Shown piece after piece: positions 58,478 through 64,000 of a stretch of 64,000 nucleotides of DNA. The first letter of the stretch is position 1. Each line of letters opens with the position of its first letter. This DNA is from Nitrospirales bacterium (GTDB taxonomy: Bacteria; Nitrospirota; Nitrospiria; Nitrospirales; UBA8639): positions 1,280,001 through 1,344,000 of the forward strand of contig OY820905.2 in NCBI GenBank assembly GCA_963555755.3, written 5' to 3'. A program made the position numbers and the translations under genes. The notes under the pieces were generated by a model. That model did not search any database, was not told the DNA's origin, and saw only the letters and a program-made list of their open reading frames with translations.

Positions 58478-61400
58478 GCCGCAATCCTCGCCCACCTCGA
58501 AAGGTGGGGGCTACCACGTTTGATGAGTTGAGCGAGGAAGCCAAACAGTTTCAATCCTCGCCCACCTCGAAAGGTGGGCGCTACGCTTGTAATTGTTTAT
58601 CTAGCGGCGTACCTCCTCGTGTTTCAATCCTCGCCCACCTCGAAAGGTGGGCGCTACCCCAAAAGACGCAAGACTAGACGGAAGACCACCGGTTTCAATC
58701 CTCGCCCACCTCGAAAGGTGGGCGCTACTGGGTGTGGTCGTTTGTTTTGTCCCTTTGAATCCGTTTCAATCCTCGCCCACCTCAAAAGGTGGGCGCTACG
58801 ACCCCAGGCCCAGAGGTTTTCGCCGGCTGAGCAGTTTCAATCCTCGCCCACCTCGAAAGGTGGGCGCTACAGTATATGGCGATCCGATATGAGAGTGTAC
58901 TGTAGTTTCAATCCTCGCCCACCTCGAAAGGTGGGCGCTACACGGCTACATCTCTCCCATACAGAGGGATTATGAGTTTCAATCCTCGCCCACCTCGAAA
59001 GGTGGGCGCTACATCCGTAAATGATTGATTGAGGGTGGGAGTTGCGGTTTCAATCCTCGCCCACCTCGAAAGGTGGGCGCTACATGAATTGGGCGAGTTG
59101 AAGAACTTGGGCGAGCTGTTTCAATCCTCGCCCACCTCGAAAGGTGGGCGCTACCAGTAGCCCAACCCTAAGAGTTGGCGGAGCAGGAGTTTCAATCCTC
59201 GCCCACCTCGAAAGGTGGGCGCTACGACCCCAGGCCCAGAGGTTTTCGCCGGCTGAGCAGTTTCAATCCTCGCCCACCTCGAAAGGTGGGCGCTACAGTA
59301 TATGGCGATCCGATATGAGAGTGTACTGTAGTTTCAATCCTCGCCCACCTCGAAAGGTGGGCGCTACGGTATATCCCCGAGGCCCATCTGGACTCCATCG
59401 TGTTTCAATCCTCGCCCACCTCGAAAGGTGGGCGCTACCACTACTTTAACCAAGGTCAATGTGATGGTGGGGGTTTCAATCCTCGCCCACCTCGAAAGGT
59501 GGGCGCTACACCGTGTTCTTCGCACCGGTACTTGTTGGTTTCAATCCTACCTCGAAAGGTGGGCGTCCAGCACAGTTTGTTCCGCGTTTCAATCCTCGCC
59601 CACCTCGAAAGGTGGGCGCTACCGCTGGAGCTTGAACCAGTGCGGAGAACCTCCGAGTTTCAATCCTCGCCCACCTCGAAAGGTGGGCGCTACTTCCTAT
59701 GCTCATGTGGCCATCCATAATTCAAATGTTTCAATCCTCGCCCACCTCGAAAGGTGGGCGCTACGTCTAGGAAACCTGGTCTTGGTCATGGTGCGGTTGT
59801 TTCAATCCTCGCCCACCTCGAAAGGTGGGCGCTACGCTACCAATAAGAGCCTACAATCAAATTTACAACGTTTCAATCCTCGCCCACCTCGAAAGGTGGG
59901 CGCTACACCAAATTATTAACCAATACAAAAACAAATATGGAGTTTCAATCCTCGCCCACCTCGAAAGGTGGGCGCTACGATGAAGGAACGACAATCAATT
60001 GTGAGACAGGATGTTTCAATCCTCGCCCACCTCGAAAGGTGGGCGCTACAATATAATTTTTATACAAAGGGTCGTGTATTCATGTTTCAATCCTCGCCCA
60101 CCTCGAAAGGTGGGCGCTACTTCAGGCATAGTCCTACTCCTTTGTGTTTGAGATGTTTCAATCCTCGCCCACCTCGAAAGGTGGGCGCTACCGGTACGTG
60201 GGATGCTTCCGCTCGGACTTCACAGGTTTCAATCCTCGCCCACCTCGAAAGGTGGGCGCTACGTAAATACAGAAATCCTCAATCTGCACCTTAGCTGTTT
60301 CAATCCTCGCCCACCTCGAAAGGTGGGCGCTACAGCGATGCGATCCAACAAATATCGCTACTTCTGTGTTTCAATCCTCGCCCACCTCGAAAGGTGGGCG
60401 CTACATCGTCCATACCTGCCGATTGCTCACCGATAAAACGTTTCAATCCTCGCCCACCTCGAAAGGTGGGCGCTACATGACCACGATAAAGGAAGACTGT
60501 TGGAAGTGCGGTTTCAATCCTCGCCCACCTCGAAAGGTGGGCGCTACATTGTAGGTCTTCCATCATCGTCTACTTCTAATTGTTTCAATCCTCGCCCACC
60601 TCGAAAGGTGGGCGCTACGGATGCAAGCGAGGACGACTGGACCAACATCAACGTTTCAATCCTCGCCCACCTCGAAAGGTGGGCGCTACTTGATCCGATA
60701 GATTGTCCGGTGGCAAGAACATTGTTTCAATCCTCGCCCACCTCGAAAGGTGGGCGCTACCGTGTCGGTACTCGGCATATCGATCGCTATAGCCGTTTCA
60801 ATCCTCGCCCACCTCGAAAGGTGGGCGCTACCTGCGGGTCACGCGGCAGACGAGACGGGTCAGCATGTTTCAATCCTCGCCCACCTCGAAAGGTGGGCGC
60901 TACGGGAGCGACAGCACAAACAATCCTATCGGGCAAATGTTTCAATCCTCGCCCACCTCGAAAGGTGGGCGCTACTCCGTAATACCGATGCTCCTACGTC
61001 GGCCGTGCTGTTTCAATCCTCGCCCACCTCGAAAGGTGGGCGCTACCGCGTCGTAGCTCCGATGATGGGCAACCAATAGTGTTTCAATCCTCGCCCACCT
61101 CGAAAGGTGGGCGCTACGACGGGCACAAGCGTTACGTATACCCCACCGACTGTTTCAATCCTCGCCCACCTCGAAAGGTGGGCGCTACGGTCTCGACGGA
61201 CGAAAGAAGACTATTACCAAAAAGTTTCAATCCTCGCCCACCTCGAAAGGTGGGCGCTACGAGACGGGCACATACATCACCAGCATGGAGCAGGTGTTTC
61301 AATCCTCGCCCACCTCGAAAGGTGGGCGCTACTCGGCGGTCACGGCAACTACGCCATATGCATAAGGTTTCAATCCTCGCCCACCTCGAAAGGTGGGCGC

Positions 61401-61832
61401 TACGTCCACTGCGTCGCTGGTCAGAACAGCCGCTTGGTGTTTCAATCCTCGCCCACCTCGAAAGGTGGGCGCTACGTTGATCGATGTATGGATCGGCGGC
61501 AAAGAGGTTGTTTCAATCCTCGCCCACCTCGAAAGGTGGGCGCTACGCGAGGCGCCCTTGCACAGCATGGCAGTGTCGAGGTTTCAATCCTCGCCCACCT
61601 CGAAAGGTGGGCGCTACGTCGGCTCCTTGGCCGGCAGGTCTTTGGCAAAGAGTTTCAATCCTCGCCCACCTCGAAAGGTGGGCGCTACGTCACCGTCACC
61701 GTGCCGTTCTCGCTTGGTCGTTGGGTTTCAATCCTCGCCCACCTCGAAAGGTGGGCGCTACGCCCGCACTTGAAGCTCGTCGTAGTCTTAGGCATGTTTC
61801 AATCCTCGCCCACCTCGAAAGGTGGGCGCTAC
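58478..61832 (-). CRISPR. CRISPR array, 48 repeats and 47 spacers (manual count), type I-C context
   Basis: 37-bp repeat GTAGCGCCCACCTTTCGAGGTGGGCGAGGATTGAAAC (minus strand); spacers mostly 34 nt; degenerate trailer repeat at 58478. Confidence 0.98.
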
Positions 61833-62019
61833 AGTACTACGAAAAACATGATATTTTTCAATGAATTCCACGTCTTTTCCCGCGAACCAGTGCTCCCTAT
61901 TGGAGAAGACATCTAAACCTCCTTTCTTTCCTTTCTACAACCTATTGATATTGTGTTGTTTTTGTCATTTCGCGAACCTCCCAGGGTTTTCCCCACAACT
62001 TGGGGTTGGCGCTTCACGT
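61833..62019 (-). promoter_or_regulatory. CRISPR leader
   Basis: AT-rich non-coding segment between cas2 and the first intact repeat; CGCGAACC occurs twice. Confidence 0.75.
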
Positions 62020-62310
62020 TTACAGGATCAACGGTTCATCAAAATCTATGGCCGTATCGATCCCATAGACTTGTAAAAATTGTTCTTTGGGTTGGGCCAA
62101 CCGATACACACGAAGACTGTCCTCCTGCTCGTTCATAATACCGACGAGACGCCGAGTCAGTTCCTCGAATTGCATGTCATTCACCGAACATTCAAACACC
62201 GACAGTTGCACGCGTTGCCCAAAATCCAAACAGACCTCGGCAATTTTTCGCAAGCGGCGTTTCCCCGCCAGAGTTTCCGTTGAGACATCATAGGTCACAA
62301 GAACATGCAT
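62020..62310 (-). CDS. cas2: CRISPR-associated endonuclease Cas2
   Basis: LVTYDVS..GKRRLRK..C.DFGQRVQLSVFEC, DSLRVY. Confidence 0.96.
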   Translation of the reverse strand: MHVLVTYDVSTETLAGKRRLRKIAEVCLDFGQRVQLSVFECSVNDMQFEELTRRLVGIMNEQEDSLRVYRLAQPKEQFLQVYGIDTAIDFDEPLIL

Positions 62311-62313
62311 GGT

Positions 62314-63345
62314 TTATCGCAGATCAAAGGGCACGTAGGCCTCCATATCCCCGCGCAACACGCGTGCAAGCAAGCGTGCCTGCACGTGCGGGACAAGGCC
62401 AATGGGCATTTTCTGGTCCAACAACGGATGCGTCAACTCTTCTTGCTTTCTCTTTTGATACGCCACGATGACGGTCTTTCTGCCGTCGTCCTGAAGATGC
62501 ACCGCCCCACCCGGTCGCACGAGAAAATCATCTGCGCTGATTTGCCGCCGATTGATGAGCGTCAAGGCTAACCTATCCGCTACCGCACTGCGAAATTCCT
62601 CCATCAAGTCTAAAGCCAGAGCGGCCCGGCCAGGCCGTAGCGCATGGAGAAATCCTATTTGGGGATCCAGCCCAACCCCTTCGACAGCGGCCACGCAATC
62701 ATTCATCAGCAGCGCATACAAAAACGACAGGAGTGCATTGACCGGGTCCAACGGTGGACGACGATTGCGACCATTCATGGCAAACGTGTCGCGATCTTCA
62801 CGCACCAGTCGATCAAACGTGCCAAAGTATCCACGCGCCGCATCGCCCTCGATGCCACGCAACGTGTCGAGATCCTCACAGGAAGGGATTCGCCTAATGG
62901 AACTGGCTAAAGCCTCCGCCGTACCCCGCAGAGCCGATGCATCGGCTTTCCCCACAGCTTCCCGTGCCCCTCGCAACACCACCTGCCGCGCATTTTGGAT
63001 CTTGCCCGCGACCATATTCTTGGCGATGGCTACAGTCTGCTCCGGACTGGCGGCGGCTTCATGTTGGGCCCACCGTAGCAAAACATTTCCAGAGACCGGG
63101 CCTTCCACGCGAGCTTTAAAACGTCCGTTACGGTCCAGCCACACGATAGAGCGGCCTTCAGCCGCACATCGATGAATGACCGCCGCACTCATCATGACAT
63201 CGCCAAAACAGACTACACTGCCAAGATGGTGCATTGGCACGTGAAGTTTCGTTTCTTTCTCCACCATCACCTTCAATGTTTCATGATCCGCGCGGATGTA
63301 GGCCCCTTCGGTCGTGACGTACAACGTGTTGAGCAATTGATGCAT
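62314..63345 (-). CDS. cas1: CRISPR-associated endonuclease Cas1, type I-C
   Basis: LLNTLYVTT, LRGIEG, RRPPLDPVNALLSF, GFLH, LDLMEEFR. Confidence 0.96.
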   Translation of the reverse strand: MHQLLNTLYVTTEGAYIRADHETLKVMVEKETKLHVPMHHLGSVVCFGDVMMSAAVIHRCAAEGRSIVWLDRNGRFKARVEGPVSGNVLLRWAQHEAAASPEQTVAIAKNMVAGKIQNARQVVLRGAREAVGKADASALRGTAEALASSIRRIPSCEDLDTLRGIEGDAARGYFGTFDRLVREDRDTFAMNGRNRRPPLDPVNALLSFLYALLMNDCVAAVEGVGLDPQIGFLHALRPGRAALALDLMEEFRSAVADRLALTLINRRQISADDFLVRPGGAVHLQDDGRKTVIVAYQKRKQEELTHPLLDQKMPIGLVPHVQARLLARVLRGDMEAYVPFDLR

Positions 63346-63349
63346 ACGG

Positions 63350-63982
63350 TTACCCTTCCGAATCGGAGACGTCGAACAACTTAGCCAACAGACGGCTCTC
63401 CATTGCGTGTTGGTCAATAACTCCTGGCATGCACGACTCTTTGAGCGAACACTTGTCGCATCGTTGATCGTTCACCGGAGGTGGAAGGGTCTTGGCATTC
63501 AGCATCGTCCGAATAGAGACCACCACCTGCGCGACATACTCTCGAAGTGACTCGTCAAAGACCACCTCACGCCGTCGTCGAGATTTATGATGATAAATCG
63601 CACCACGCGGGACGGATTGCCCGGTCATCTCCTCTAAACACAACGCCTGGGCACAAAGCTGAACATCATCATGTTCCCACTGACGCCGAGGGCCGGATTT
63701 ATATTCCACGGGGTAGGGGGTTTCCCCATGAAATTCGACGACATCCGCTTTCCCAACCAACCCAAGTCGCTTCGACCAAAGCGGCAACGCCCGTTCAATC
63801 CGCACCCCATGCTGTACTTCAGTTTCGACTTCATCAACAATCTTGTGCATCGCTTGCCCACGCATAGTGTAGAGGTTTTCTTCATACGTCTGATCGACGT
63901 GAATCAACCCACACTGCCGCGGGCAGTAACTCCAATGCTCCAGAGCGGAGATCATGATGAGGTCATCTGGTTCGTTATCCAA
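63350..63982 (-). CDS. cas4: CRISPR-associated exonuclease Cas4
   Basis: YCPRQ, GKADVVE, PVEYK, QLCAQALCLEE, CxxCxxxxxC. Confidence 0.95.
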   Translation of the reverse strand: MDNEPDDLIMISALEHWSYCPRQCGLIHVDQTYEENLYTMRGQAMHKIVDEVETEVQHGVRIERALPLWSKRLGLVGKADVVEFHGETPYPVEYKSGPRRQWEHDDVQLCAQALCLEEMTGQSVPRGAIYHHKSRRRREVVFDESLREYVAQVVVSIRTMLNAKTLPPPVNDQRCDKCSLKESCMPGVIDQHAMESRLLAKLFDVSDSEG

Positions 63983-64000
63983 AGTAGACTAGCTCACCTT

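Noticed and set aside
58478..61832. Self-targeting spacers against this window
   Set aside because: No full-length match was noticed by eye; only short chance matches such as TTGGGCGAGT near 17930. Not exhaustively tested.
58574..61916. Many ORFs with repeated VSILAHLERWAL / FQSSPTSKGGRY peptides
   Set aside because: These are translations of CRISPR repeats, not genes.
1..64000. tRNA, rRNA, prophage, retron or DGR
   Set aside because: No recognisable cloverleaf, rRNA, phage structural gene or reverse transcriptase was found in the window.

Overview
A 64-kb bacterial chromosome segment. Gene content and repeat style suggest Nitrospirota/Nitrospirales (inference only). Genes: HDOD-GAF protein; DsrE; an atypical GT5 glucosyltransferase; an OmpA/Pal lipoprotein; a GldA/F/G-like ABC system with DUF4340; a Crp/Fnr regulator followed by copper nitrite reductase (nirK); DsbA; a Mo-oxidoreductase; a dipeptide epimerase; a secreted PHM/DbM-like dicopper monooxygenase candidate; M16 and M48 peptidases; ppiC; cobB; a ubiquitin-like sulfur-carrier operon (ThiS, CysK, 2 MoeB, ThrC-like, MoaD/CysO, NIL, JAB); a PIN/RHH toxin-antitoxin pair; modABC with an outer-membrane porin and an XRE-PBP regulator; and oligoendopeptidase F broken by IS1182. 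The window ends in a type I-C CRISPR locus (48 repeats, 47 spacers, cas2-cas1-cas4). Mobile genes are a RAYT-like HUH transposase, IS256, IS1182 and an IS1111-like stub. The most unusual aspect is the intergenic DNA. It holds about 10 families of small non-autonomous elements (MITEs, REP/REPINs) that nest inside one another, often sit on stop codons, and include an end-swapped chimera and an empty-site allele. Several families share an ERIC-like central hairpin despite having unrelated termini. No rRNA or tRNA was recognised. All alignments were done by eye and coordinates may be off by a few bases.
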